Shown piece after piece: positions 1-10,228 of a stretch of 64,000 nt of DNA. Location of the stretch: NCBI GenBank assembly GCA_963707505.1, contig CAVPQB010000003.1:736001-800000 (forward strand), read 5' to 3'. The first letter of the stretch is position 1. Each line of letters begins with the position of its first letter. Under the pieces are notes generated by a model, which saw only the letters and a program-made list of their open reading frames with translations, made no database searches and was not told the DNA's origin. The translations under genes and the position numbers were made by a program. This DNA comes from an uncultured Gemmatimonadales bacterium. GTDB taxonomy: Bacteria > Gemmatimonadota > Gemmatimonadetes > Gemmatimonadales > Gemmatimonadaceae.

Positions 1-141
1 AGCATCGTAGCGCGCCGACTCGCGGGTTGCGACGGTCGAGACGGACATCGGCTCTGGATACTGCCGCGCCAGCGCAACGTGACGGCGCGATGCGCCGCTG
101 AATGTGGGAAGAAAGTCCTTTGTAACGAAAAGATGTTGCAA
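1..141 (-). CDS. Glycosyltransferase family 4 protein, N-terminal fragment (runs off the window)
   Basis: Manual translation from TTG at 141: MQHLFVTKDFLPTFSGASRRHVALARQYP..., resembling the GT4 N-terminal 'hLxVTxDFxPxxgG' motif; co-oriented with adjacent GT genes. Confidence 0.6.
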   Translation of the reverse strand, partial: MQHLFVTKDFLPTFSGASRRHVALARQYPEPMSVSTVATRESARYDA

Positions 142-146
142 CGGTG

Positions 147-1117
147 CTATCCGGTTACCGACGTAGCCGTCCACGCTTCACCGGACAGGAGATTGGCGAT
201 GCGCTGATCGTACGTGTGGTTCTTGCGAACGAATTGCTCTCCTTCGCGCCTGATCCGCTCGCGGGCCACAGGATCGCGGAGATAATGATCGAGCTTGGTG
301 CCGCAGTCTTCGGCGTCAGTGTACCACGCGCAGTGCTTTCCATCGATCAGAAATTGCGTGACACCGGCGGTTCCGTGGCCCAGGTAGAACGCGCCCGCCA
401 GCATCACCATCCACGTGCGATCGGAGGTGTAGGTAATCCCACCGGCAGCGCGCGACGGATTGATGCCAAGCACGACCGCCGAGCTGGAGCAGACCTGCGC
501 AAACTCCCTTCCCTCGATGGAGCGCCCGTTCCACTTGAGTTCGCCGCGCCAGCGCTCCCACCCCGGGCCATAGACGCGGACGTCGTGGCGTCTGGCCAGT
601 TGCAGCAATAGATCCGCACGCGATGGGTCGTATCCCGTTCCAATGAACGCTGCATCGGCTGCGTACGCCGGATCGGGCACGACAGGTCTGATATCCGGAA
701 TCGCCAGCTGCCGGAAGAAATTTCGCGTTGGTGCCCAATGCACGCCATTCAGCGTCGAAGCCGGTGACGAAAAAGGTGTGAGCGAGTCGCGCGACAGCCA
801 GCGATGTGGCCGATGTCGGGTCGGTCGGTGTCGCGAAACCACTGCGGATCGTGATACCACATCGCGTTCTGCGTACCGCCCACCAACCGGCGCACGGTCT
901 CCAGGTCCAGTGCCAGACACTTGGACAGAAAAATGAAATCCGGCCTGAAATGCCGAGCGCGCGCACGAACCATGTGCTGGGTCATGCGCCACCCGATCGC
1001 GCGTTTCGTTCGCCGGTCGTCGACAATCAGTGTCTCGTGCCCCGCTCGACGAAGCGCACGCTCTGTCGCGGCTTCCATGCGCCACGGGTTGGAGCTTCCG
1101 ATGATCAGGACTCGCAT
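147..1117 (-). CDS. CgeB-like / Glyco_trans_1_2 glycosyltransferase (two apparent frameshifts, ~800 and ~695)
   Basis: Three frames join: MRVLIIGSSNPWRME...WYHDPQW / LAHTFFVTGFDAEW...FLPAAGD / DAAFIGTGYD...VYGPGW...YTSDRTW...HTYDQRI. Confidence 0.7.
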
Positions 1118-1866
1118 TGCATGGCCCATAGTCGAACGTACTTTGCGCACACGCTTGCCGCAGCGAGCGACGCCAGTACCGCGCCGCGCGCGCCGTCGAG
1201 AAATCCCATGCGAAAGATGAACATCGAGATGAAACGCGCCGGCGGCTTGAAGATGATCGCCGCGAGCGAGCCACGCCTGCCGCGCCGCGCTTGATCTTCT
1301 GCCCACCAGCGACTGTAGCGCACGAACTTCTCGAAATAGATGTCCAGCGACGCGTACGGGTAGTGTAGCAGCGCGGCGCCGAGCGTCGCCGGCTCCTCGT
1401 TGGTGAGAACGTGTTCGTGCACGCGGCTGTCGTTGTATCGCAATGCGGAGTCGAACAATCTCACTGGGCGATCCGTCTCCCAGCCGCCGTGCCGGATCTC
1501 ACGTCCAAGAAAGAAATTCCGGCGGGGAACGCGATACGCGCCGGATGCCGGACGCGAGATTGCCTCGCGCACCGCTTGCGCAAGCTCGGCGGTACCTCGC
1601 TCATCGGCATCGACGACCAGAACCCACCTATTCCGCGCTCGTGCTATGGCGGCGTTCCGCAGTGCGCCAATGGTTGCGGCATCCTGAGAGACGACAGTCG
1701 CTCCCGCTCCTGTCGCCAGCTCGCCCGTATCATCACTCGATCCCTGATCGACAACGAGTATCTCGCTCGCCCAGCGCACCGATTCGATGCACCCCATGAT
1801 GTTCGCGGCTTCGTTCCTGGCCGCTATCACCACGGATACCGGCATACGTTCCGGCGTGTTTGGCAC
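1105..1866 (-). CDS. Glycosyltransferase family 2 (WaaE/KdtX-like beta-1,4-glucosyltransferase)
   Basis: VSVVIAARNE, VVDQGSSDDT, VDADE (DxD), VHEH, GFLDGARG motifs. Confidence 0.85.
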   Translation of the reverse strand: MPNTPERMPVSVVIAARNEAANIMGCIESVRWASEILVVDQGSSDDTGELATGAGATVVSQDAATIGALRNAAIARARNRWVLVVDADERGTAELAQAVREAISRPASGAYRVPRRNFFLGREIRHGGWETDRPVRLFDSALRYNDSRVHEHVLTNEEPATLGAALLHYPYASLDIYFEKFVRYSRWWAEDQARRGRRGSLAAIIFKPPARFISMFIFRMGFLDGARGAVLASLAAASVCAKYVRLWAMQCES

Positions 1867-1867
1867 G

Positions 1868-2971
1868 TCAGCGTTTTCGCCTGGCTGTTACCGCGGCTGC
1901 GGCATGCTCGAAGCCGTCTACCATTGCGGCTTCGCCCCCCTCGCGCGCGACGCGGCCGCGCGCTGCCGCTCCCATGGCCTCACGCCGACTATCGCTTGTG
2001 AGCAGCTCTGCCGCCGCAGCCGCGGTCATGAACGCATCGTCGCTTGGCACGAGCATGCCGGTAATGTCGTTGAGCACGTACTGTTCGGCAACGGATCGCT
2101 CGGGTGCGAGAACCGGGATTCCGAGCGACATGAAATCCAGTATGCCGAACACGGCCGTATCGGAATCGGCAACGACCCAGCCGAGCCTCGCGCGTCGCAT
2201 TACCTCCAGATGATCGGCGCGGTCACCGAGAAACGTCACGAGACCGAGTGCGCCGAGTGCCGCCGCCTGCATCTTGAGGTCGTCGTCGTACGTCCCTCCG
2301 CCTCCTCCGTCGCCGACGATCGTGAGATGCAAGCCCGCGTGTCGCGGAGCCAGCATCGCGACCGTACGAATCGCAGCGGCCGCGCGACTGCGCGACGATG
2401 CGTCGTGGATGCACACAACGTTTACTTCGTCGCCGAGAAGGTCGGTTGCATTTTGCGGCGGCGCCTCGGCAACGCCCATTGGTGCGATCACCTTGCCGAC
2501 CGCTCCGCGCGGGAGCGCGACCGCGCTCGAATCCTGCTCCGTCGCGAACAGATAGCACGTGGGCGCGATGCGCGCCGCGAATCGTCCTGTGCCGCGAATT
2601 TCGAGCGCTCCCCCTCCCGCCCGGATCCGCCGAATCACGCGCGCGCGAGAACCGACGCGATAGGCAATCGCCGCGATGAGATGCTCACGATCGCTGTCCA
2701 CCAGCACCACGTCGGAGCGATGTTGTCGCGCGAGACGCGCGAGCCTGCGCGCAGCGCCGATCCACATCCCACGGAGATCCATCGCCTCGACTTCCAGCAA
2801 CGACCGCTCCGGAGACGTTGCTGTCTCCGATACCACCCGCTCTACCGTGCTGTCACGCTCCGCTGCAAACACAACTGCGTGCCCGCGGCGCGCGAGTCCG
2901 TGCGCGGCGACCGCGAACGCTCGCGCAGTGCCGGACCACTCCCGGCCCGCATGAAGAAACAGGTAATTCAC
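1868..2971 (-). CDS. Glycosyltransferase family 4-like protein (GT-B fold)
   Basis: GTG start right after the ABC transporter stop; WSG motif, LTIVGDG, VTFLG, LDFMSLGIPV, TGMLVP, REAMGAAAR. Confidence 0.75.
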   Translation of the reverse strand: MNYLFLHAGREWSGTARAFAVAAHGLARRGHAVVFAAERDSTVERVVSETATSPERSLLEVEAMDLRGMWIGAARRLARLARQHRSDVVLVDSDREHLIAAIAYRVGSRARVIRRIRAGGGALEIRGTGRFAARIAPTCYLFATEQDSSAVALPRGAVGKVIAPMGVAEAPPQNATDLLGDEVNVVCIHDASSRSRAAAAIRTVAMLAPRHAGLHLTIVGDGGGGGTYDDDLKMQAAALGALGLVTFLGDRADHLEVMRRARLGWVVADSDTAVFGILDFMSLGIPVLAPERSVAEQYVLNDITGMLVPSDDAFMTAAAAAELLTSDSRREAMGAAARGRVAREGGEAAMVDGFEHAAAAVTARRKR

Positions 2972-2972
2972 A

Positions 2973-4913
2973 TCAGCTGAAAGAAGGAACCGGCGTCGCG
3001 TCCGGCACGGTATCGACGCGGGTTGCGCTGCGGAACTGCATGTCGTACAACCGCGAGTACGCGCCCTGTTGCGCACGCAGCTCGTCATGCGTACCGGATT
3101 CGATTATCCGTCCCCTGTCCAGCACGAGTATCTGCGTAGCATGGCGCACGGTCGAAAGCCGATGTGCGATTACGAAGACTGTGCGGCCTTCCAGCAGCCG
3201 GTCGATCGCCGCCTGTACCAGTCGCTCCGACTCCGTGTCGAGCGCAGACGTCGCCTCATCCAGGATCAGGATCGGCGGATCCAGCAACAACGCGCGCGCG
3301 ATCGCGATGCGCTGACGCTGTCCGCCCGACAATCGCGTACCACGCTCGCCAAGCATGGTTGCGTAACCCTCCGGGAGCGCGGTAATGAATGCATGGGCGT
3401 TCGCCGCTCGTGCGGCAGCCTCGACTTCGGCGTCGCTGTACCTGTTCGGCATTCCGTATGCGAGGTTGTTGCGCACTGTATCGTGAAAGAGAACCGTGTC
3501 CTGACTCACGATCCCGATCAGCGACCGCAGCGAGCTCAGCGTCATGGTTCGCGTGTCCACGCCGTCAATCGTGATGCTTCCTGCCGTCGGCTCGTAGAAC
3601 CTCGGTATCAGATCCACGAGCGTAGTCTTTCCCGCTCCGCTCGCGCCGACGAGTGCAATCACGTCACCACGGGACGCGGTGAATGATACGTCCCGCAGCA
3701 CCGGAGTCTCGCGCCGGCCCGACTCGCTCTCGTACGAGAACCCGACATTGTCGAACCGTACGTCCCGGTGAAAGCCATCGACGCGAATCGTACCCCGATC
3801 ACGCTCCTGCTCCGACGGCGTATCCAGAATGTCAAACAGACGCTCCGCGGATGCCAGCGACGACTGCGCGGTGGCGCGAACCGCCGTCAGCTGCTTGAGT
3901 GGCTGAAGCAGACGCAGCACGAATACCAGAAATGTTATGAGATCTGCGCCGGTCAGCGACCTGTCCACGAGCACCTGGTGCGCGCCAACCCACAGCAGCG
4001 TCACCGCGATCAGCATTCCGATGACCTCGGTCACCGGCGGCGCCAGAAAGGACAGTTTCGTTAGTCGAACAGTCGTTCGAGCGTAGGTATCACTCGCGTT
4101 CGTGAATCGACGCTCCTCGAACTCCTCGGCGCCAAACGATTTGACCAGCCGGACGCCGGAGACAGTCTCCTGCAGCACGCTCGCCATCTCCCCGTGCTGA
4201 TTTCCACGCCGGCGATTACCGCGGCGCAGCTTCTTCAGCAAGGGTTGCAGAACCAGACTCAGAATCGGGACGATCACCAGCGCCATGAGCGTCAGCCGCC
4301 ACGATATGTCGAAGAGAAACGCGATGGTCGACACAACGAGCGCCGCTGCCTGGAGAGACTGCGTCACTATCTGCGTGAGGACCAGCCGAGTCTCGAACGT
4401 GTCGTTCAGAACTCGCGAGATTATCTGGCCCGACTTGGTGCGCGTGAAGTACGTGAGAGGGAGCCGCGCAAGGTGCCTGTAAACCGAGTTCCGCAGATCG
4501 CGCGTCACATATTCCTGCAGCTCCGCGCCGAACTGACCACTCACCCAGACGAGCACGTTCTTCGCGATCACCACGATCATGACGACGAAGATGACGTTTC
4601 TGAGCGAGCTCATCTTGTCGCCGCTCACCATCAGCTGTCCGACGGTGGCGTGAAGAAGATCGGATACCCATCCGGCCTTTATGTCCAGCGCCGGACGGTC
4701 GAACAGCGTGTTGAGGAACGGAATGAGCAGCGCAACCGAGAACGCATCCAGCAGTGCGGCGCCGATGTTGGTGGCGATCGCCCCGACCATCCGCCACGAG
4801 TGCGGCTTGAGGAAGGGAAGCAGCCGTCGATATATGGAGATTCCAGCACCTCTTCCCTGTTCCGCCGCGCGAATGCCAACCGGCGCGGCGGCCGGCTCTA
4901 CAGTTGTTGCCAC
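2973..4913 (-). CDS. MsbA-like ABC exporter (TMD + NBD), probable lipid/glycolipid flippase
   Basis: Walker A GASGAGKTT, LSGGQRQR signature, LILDEATSALD, IAHRLST; N-terminal TM helices; GTG start overlaps the upstream TAG. Confidence 0.88.
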   Translation of the reverse strand: MATTVEPAAAPVGIRAAEQGRGAGISIYRRLLPFLKPHSWRMVGAIATNIGAALLDAFSVALLIPFLNTLFDRPALDIKAGWVSDLLHATVGQLMVSGDKMSSLRNVIFVVMIVVIAKNVLVWVSGQFGAELQEYVTRDLRNSVYRHLARLPLTYFTRTKSGQIISRVLNDTFETRLVLTQIVTQSLQAAALVVSTIAFLFDISWRLTLMALVIVPILSLVLQPLLKKLRRGNRRRGNQHGEMASVLQETVSGVRLVKSFGAEEFEERRFTNASDTYARTTVRLTKLSFLAPPVTEVIGMLIAVTLLWVGAHQVLVDRSLTGADLITFLVFVLRLLQPLKQLTAVRATAQSSLASAERLFDILDTPSEQERDRGTIRVDGFHRDVRFDNVGFSYESESGRRETPVLRDVSFTASRGDVIALVGASGAGKTTLVDLIPRFYEPTAGSITIDGVDTRTMTLSSLRSLIGIVSQDTVLFHDTVRNNLAYGMPNRYSDAEVEAAARAANAHAFITALPEGYATMLGERGTRLSGGQRQRIAIARALLLDPPILILDEATSALDTESERLVQAAIDRLLEGRTVFVIAHRLSTVRHATQILVLDRGRIIESGTHDELRAQQGAYSRLYDMQFRSATRVDTVPDATPVPSFS

Positions 4914-6475
4914 TAACGTCTGGGTGTGAGAAGAGCGAGCGGCAGAATCACCTCTTCCGGTGACACACCGCCATGCAGAAACGATCCGCGATAGCGACTC
5001 TGATATTCGCGAAGCTTTGTTGGATACACGAAGAAGCAATCGTTGCGCGCGAGGAGAGTGTTCACGTTATGTCCCCGCTGGGGAAGTTTCAATGTGTCGG
5101 GATTCGGGAACAACAGCGCCTGATCGGCCGATTCCGCGCGGAGATCCTCGCCGAATTTGTACCGGAGGTTGGCGCTTGCATCGCGCTTCGCGAATACCGT
5201 CGCCGGCGTGTTGCAGTGGATCGAGCCGTGATCCGTCGTCAACAGCACGGAGACCTTTCGCGCAGACGCCTCGCGCAGCAGACCGAGCAGCGCAGACCGC
5301 TCGAACCACTGACGCGTGAGGCGGCGCAGCGCAATCTCGTCACGCGCTACTTCATACAGAATCTGGGACTCGCTACGGCCATGCGTCAGCAGATCGACAA
5401 AATTGAATACGAAAGCGCTCACACCCTCCGGCGCGATCGCCGTCCCCATGTGACGCTGCGAGGTCGTCGGAGCCGGCCGCGGTTGATATCTTCTGATACC
5501 GAACATGGGTCTCTCCACGCAGCTCCCGGAGATGCGCCTCCAGAAGCTCGCGCTCGTGCGCGTTGAGCGACTCGTCGTCCTGCGCTCCCCACCATTCCGG
5601 ATAACGCGTCGCGATCTCGCCTGGAAACAGTCCGCTGAAGAGCGAGTTGCGCGAGTACGGAGTCGCCGTCGGAAGCACGGCGTAGTAGTGCGTGGTCTCT
5701 ACTTCGAAGTACGGTGCAAGCAAGGGTTCGAGAACGCGCCACTGGTCCAGCCGAAGGCAGTCGACCACGATGAATACCGCCGCCTTCTCGCGTTCCAGAA
5801 TCGGCGTCAGAAATTCGCCGACGATGTCGATCGAGAGCGCCGGACGCTCACCGTTCAGGTCCGCCAGCCACGCCGGATACGCGGTCTGCATGTAGTCGGC
5901 GAACTCGCGGTGCATGTCGCTGTACAGACCCTGGAGCGAATCGTAGAGCCCACGCTCGTCGGCTTCGGCCAGATCCACGTCCCAACGCATCAGCTCGTCG
6001 TATCGCTCGATCCATCCGCGCCAGTCGAGATCCCGTGCGCGCTCCAGCTCCAGCGCGCGGAACCGCTCGACGAACGCACGTGCGATTGCCTGCGACCTGA
6101 TTCGCGGCCCGTCCAGAATGCGCGTGATGACGGATAGCACCTGTCGCGGATTCACCGGCTTGACGAGATAATCGCGGATGTTCGCGCCGATCGCCTCGCG
6201 CAGCGTCGAATCCTCCTCGCTCTTCGTGACCATCACAACGGGAAGATTCGGCGCGATCTCACGGACTTCGCGGTACGCTTCCAACCCACGCGTTCCCGGC
6301 ATCTGCTCGTCCAACAGGAGCAGATCGAACGTTCTCTACGCAACAGCTCGACCGCGTCATCCGCGTTCGTCGCGCATTCCACGTCGTATCCCTTGGAACG
6401 CAGGAAAATGCAGTGTGATTCGAGAAGGTCGCTCTCGTCGTCCACCCACAGGACAGATTTTGCTCTCAAAGCCAT
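4913..6475 (-). CDS. PorX-like response regulator / PglZ (alkaline-phosphatase superfamily) protein (two apparent frameshifts, ~6335 and ~5455)
   Basis: Receiver domain VLWVDDE...LLDEQMPG...MVTKSEE...YLVKP; PglZ motifs VVDCLRLDQW, LPTATPYSRN, FVDLLTH, TTDHG, FLHGGVSPEE spread over three frames. Confidence 0.8.
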
Positions 6476-6537
6476 GGCTTCATAAAGGTATCCGCCCCGC
6501 CGTTCGGACAAGTGTTCAATGTAGCCCCTCCTCCGTT

Positions 6538-7017
6538 ATGTGCCTAGATTCCGCGCGTGACCGCCATCCCAGTCCAGCCCGCGGTGAGCCAGGTCGCCCC
6601 GCGCGCACCGCTCCCCCTGCCCCTCCGTACTCGCTCGAGCCGGTTCTGTTCGCAATCCCGGCACTGGCTGAATGTGCAGGATCAGCCACACTTGGCGGGG
6701 ATCGCGAGATGGCGCTGGCGGCACTCACCACTGCACGGTTGATGCTCGCGACGATTCCGCCCATTCTTCTTCTTGAAGCGGAGCGCGTAACACGCGCCGA
6801 ACGCGCTCGGAGCTGGCTCTCGGCACTCACCATGCCTCAGCCGGCACGGATGGCAATCCTGCGCTCGATCGACGCCAGTGTTTCAGGCGGCATCGATGCA
6901 GCAGCCAGCCTCCGCGAGCTGATGCAAGTTCTTACCGGACATCTCTCTCCAGCAGCGCTCACCGAGCTTGGCATGCTCGCCGAGAGGCTCCGTCTATATT
7001 ACGAGCAAACCCCTTAG
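6538..7017 (+). CDS. Hypothetical protein (start uncertain)
   Basis: Ala/Leu-rich ORF filling the gap and ending 15 bp before yebC. Confidence 0.5.
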   Translation: MCLDSARDRHPSPARGEPGRPARTAPPAPPYSLEPVLFAIPALAECAGSATLGGDREMALAALTTARLMLATIPPILLLEAERVTRAERARSWLSALTMPQPARMAILRSIDASVSGGIDAAASLRELMQVLTGHLSPAALTELGMLAERLRLYYEQTP

Positions 7018-7032
7018 ACCGACGCAGGATCC

Positions 7033-7776
7033 ATGGCTGGACATAGTAAATGGAAGCAAATCAAGCATTACAAGGCCGCGACCGACGCGAAGCGCGGCGC
7101 GCACTTTACCAAGCTGATCCGTGAGATCACCATGGCCGCCAAGCTTGGCGGCGGTGATCCAGCTGGCAACCCGCGACTCCGCACTGCCATCGACACCGCG
7201 AAAGCGGCCTCGATGCCCAAGGAGAACATCGAGCGCGCAGTAAAGAAGGGAACGGGCGAGCTCGAAGGTGTCGAGTATCAGGACGTCACTTACGAGGGCT
7301 ATGGGCCCGGCGGCGTCGCTCTCATGATCTTCACCGTCACCGACAATCCGACCCGCACCGTGGCCGATGTTCGCCACAAGCTGTCGCATGGCGGTGGGAA
7401 CCTCGGCGCAGCGAACTCCGTGTCGTTCATGTTCGATCGCAAGGGCCAGATCTACGTCGATGCCACGAAATACGACGAGGACACGATGATGGAAAAGGCA
7501 CTCGACGCGGGCGCAGAGGATTTCGCGCGTGAGGACGAACAGTACGTCGTCACGACCGCGCCGAACTCGCTTCATGAAGTCCAGGGCGCGCTCGAGTCCA
7601 ACGGCGTGGAAATCGCCGAGGCCGAAGTATCGTATCTCCCGAAGACAACGGTCCACGTATCGGGAAGCGCTGCGACATCGCTTCTCAAGCTGCTCGAATC
7701 GCTCGAAGATCTCGACGACGTCCAGCGGGTCGTCGCCAACTTCGAGATGGACGCCGACGAAATGGCCACGGCGTAG
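7033..7776 (+). CDS. yebC: YebC/PmpR family protein
   Basis: MAGHSKWKQIKH, NPRLR, YEGYGPGG, LEDLDDVQ; typical position before ruvC. Confidence 0.96.
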   Translation: MAGHSKWKQIKHYKAATDAKRGAHFTKLIREITMAAKLGGGDPAGNPRLRTAIDTAKAASMPKENIERAVKKGTGELEGVEYQDVTYEGYGPGGVALMIFTVTDNPTRTVADVRHKLSHGGGNLGAANSVSFMFDRKGQIYVDATKYDEDTMMEKALDAGAEDFAREDEQYVVTTAPNSLHEVQGALESNGVEIAEAEVSYLPKTTVHVSGSAATSLLKLLESLEDLDDVQRVVANFEMDADEMATA

Positions 7777-8291
7777 TGCTCGTGCTCGGCATCGACCCCG
7801 GTACTGCCGTTACCGGCTACGGGGTCGTGCGCGGCGAGCGCCTTGGCGCTGCTTCGCTCATCGAGTGTGGCGTCATCCGCACCAGACCGCGCGAGCCGCT
7901 ACCAGTGCGCCTGCAGGAGATCTACGACGGTGTCAGCGAGCTCATCCGCACTCATCGACCAGACACGCTCGCAGTCGAAGACGTTTTCTACGCGCACAAC
8001 GTTCGCACGACCATCGTGCTTGGACACGCACGTGGGGTCATCCTGCTCGCCGGTCAGCAGGCGGGAATCGAGATCGTCGAATATCCGCCGGCGGAGATAA
8101 AGAAGGCCGTCGTCGGGAACGGTGCGGCCACCAAGACACAGGTGCAATTCATGCTCACACGATTGCTCCGTCTCAAGTCGGTGCCCACACCGTCGGACGC
8201 CGCAGATGGCGTCGCGGCGGCGCTGACCTGCGTGATGTCGTCCCGCGTCCCGACGATCGCGGCGCGCGCTCGTCCCGTGGGTCGCGTCTAG
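7776..8291 (+). CDS. ruvC: Holliday junction resolvase RuvC
   Basis: LGIDPG, GYGV, LGHARG, KKAVVGNG, DAADGVA. Confidence 0.96.
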   Translation: MLVLGIDPGTAVTGYGVVRGERLGAASLIECGVIRTRPREPLPVRLQEIYDGVSELIRTHRPDTLAVEDVFYAHNVRTTIVLGHARGVILLAGQQAGIEIVEYPPAEIKKAVVGNGAATKTQVQFMLTRLLRLKSVPTPSDAADGVAAALTCVMSSRVPTIAARARPVGRV

Positions 8292-8332
8292 CTCGCCCTG
8301 GACCAACACACTGAGCTCACGATGATATCACG

Positions 8333-8935
8333 ATGATCTCGCGCATACGCGGAACGCTCGAAGCCAAGGACCTGGATCGCGTGGAGATTGCGACGCCAGG
8401 CGGCGTCGGCTACATGCTGCAGATCCCCCTCTCGGTGTATGAAACACTTCCCTCGATCGGCGAGCCGGTCTCGCTCTACACGTCGCTGATCGTCAAGGAG
8501 GATGGGTGGCAACTCTTCGGATTCGCGTCGCAGCTGGAACGGCGCCTGTTCGATCTGGTGCGTACTGCGAACGGCGTCGGACCCGCACTAGCACTCAGCC
8601 TTCTTTCATCGCTCACGGCGACCCGGCTCGTTCGAGCCATTGTCGAGAAGGATACTGCAACTCTGCAGAGCGTCCCGCGAGTTGGAAAGAAGAAAGCCGA
8701 GCAGATGATCCTCGATCTCGCCACCAAGATGCGCGACGTCGATGTCACAGAGACATCCGGCGGCGTGCCCGCTCCCGGCGCTGCTGCGGAAGATGCGATC
8801 CGGGCGCTCGTGTCGCTTGGATATTCACTCGCTGACGCGGAGCGCGCCGTCCGCGCGACTCTCGATGCCAGTACCAGTCCGCTTGCTGCTACCGATCTCA
8901 TTCGTAACGCCCTGGCCCGCATCGCTGCACGCTAG
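8333..8935 (+). CDS. ruvA: Holliday junction branch migration protein RuvA
   Basis: MISRIRG, GVGY, LFGF, GVGP, VPRVGKKKAE, ALVSLGY. Confidence 0.96.
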   Translation: MISRIRGTLEAKDLDRVEIATPGGVGYMLQIPLSVYETLPSIGEPVSLYTSLIVKEDGWQLFGFASQLERRLFDLVRTANGVGPALALSLLSSLTATRLVRAIVEKDTATLQSVPRVGKKKAEQMILDLATKMRDVDVTETSGGVPAPGAAAEDAIRALVSLGYSLADAERAVRATLDASTSPLAATDLIRNALARIAAR

Positions 8936-8974
8936 CGACTCGCGACAAACCATTCATCGCACGACGCGACAGTC

Positions 8975-10147
8975 GTGACTCGGCAACCCATGACAAAGAC
9001 AGCACGCCGGACGAGTACTTTCAACGAGTCGGTTATCCGGGAGATGACGCGAATCGCGCATCGCACCGGCGCGGTGAATCTCGCGCAGGGCTTCCCCGAT
9101 TTCCCGATGCCGGCGCCCATGAAGGAGGCAGCGTGCGCGGCGATCCTGGGTGACATCAACCAGTACGCGATAACGTGGGGTGCGCCCGCGCTACGCATCG
9201 CGATCGCGGAGAAGTATCGCCGCTGGTACGAGATGCCGGTCGATCCGGATACGGAGATAACGGTCACGTGTGGCGCCACCGAAGCAATGGCCGCGACCTT
9301 CATGGCGCTCATCGATCCGGGCGACGAGGTGATCATACTCGAGCCATTCTATGAGAATTACGGTCCCGACGCAGAGCTCGCCGGCGCGAAGCCGATCTTC
9401 GTTCCGCTCGTCGCGCCGAACTGGGATCTGGATCTCGAACGGCTGGCCGCGTCGATCACTCAACGTACGCGTGCGATCGTACTCAATACGCCGCACAATC
9501 CCACTGGAAAGGTGTTTTCGCGAGCGGAGATCTCCGCGATCGCCGAGCTTGCGCAGCGACACAATCTTCTCGTGTTCACGGACGAGATCTACGAGCATCT
9601 CGTCTACGCAGGGCACCACCACCCCATCGCTACGTGGCCTGGAATGCGCGAGCGAACGGTCACGATATCGGGACTGTCGAAGACGTTCTCGTGCACCGGC
9701 TGGCGACTCGGTTATGCAATTGCGCCGCGCGAGCTGACGAATGCGATCCGCAAGGTTCACGATTTTCTCACCGTTGGAGCGTCGGCGCCGCTGCAGGCAG
9801 CGGGCGCAGTTGGGATGGCATTCGATGCGGATTACTACAATCATCTGCAGCGCGCGTACAAGCAGCGTCGCGACGTGATGATGACCGCGCTCCTGAAGGC
9901 CGGATTCTCCTGCGGAGTTCCGGAGGGAGCGTATTACGTGCTCGCCGATTTCAGCGCGATCGATTCACGCCGCAACGATCGCGATTTTGCTGTATGGCTG
10001 GCGGAAACGATCGGAGTTGCGACTGTCCCGGGGACGAGCTTCTACGGCGATCCAGGTCGCGGAACAACAGCCGTCCGTTTTGCGTTCTGCAAGACCTTCG
10101 AGACACTCGGCCGTGCAGCGGAACGGCTGGACCAGCTCAGCCGTTGA
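8975..10147 (+). CDS. PLP-dependent aminotransferase class I/II (YbdL/KAT-like)
   Basis: NLAQGFPD, NTPHNPTG, DEIY, SKTFSCTGWRLG, VRFAFCK. Confidence 0.9.
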   Translation: MTRQPMTKTARRTSTFNESVIREMTRIAHRTGAVNLAQGFPDFPMPAPMKEAACAAILGDINQYAITWGAPALRIAIAEKYRRWYEMPVDPDTEITVTCGATEAMAATFMALIDPGDEVIILEPFYENYGPDAELAGAKPIFVPLVAPNWDLDLERLAASITQRTRAIVLNTPHNPTGKVFSRAEISAIAELAQRHNLLVFTDEIYEHLVYAGHHHPIATWPGMRERTVTISGLSKTFSCTGWRLGYAIAPRELTNAIRKVHDFLTVGASAPLQAAGAVGMAFDADYYNHLQRAYKQRRDVMMTALLKAGFSCGVPEGAYYVLADFSAIDSRRNDRDFAVWLAETIGVATVPGTSFYGDPGRGTTAVRFAFCKTFETLGRAAERLDQLSR

Positions 10148-10193
10148 CACGCGCGGATCGGTTCGGGCCGGCAATTAGTTGACTCAGTCAACC

Positions 10194-10222
10194 TTGTTTT
10201 CGGTATATCTTCGGGGTATTTT
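10194..10222 (+). promoter_or_regulatory. Putative ruvB promoter TTGTTT-N17-TATTTT containing the TTCGG-N6-TTCGG direct repeat
   Basis: TTGTT TTCGG TATATC TTCGG GG TATTTT, 6 nt before ATG 10229; same geometry as the imuA promoter. Confidence 0.6.
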
Positions 10223-10228
10223 TGAGCT

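Noticed and set aside
4913..6475. BREX phage-defence system (PglZ domain)
   Set aside because: The PglZ domain is fused to a receiver domain (PorX architecture) and no brxC, pglX or brxL genes are nearby
6502..6517. SOS-like repeat upstream of the yebC-ruvCA block (GTTC-GGACAAGT-GTTC)
   Set aside because: Spacing is N8, not N7, and the second half lacks TTCGG; it does not fit the ruvB/imuA geometry
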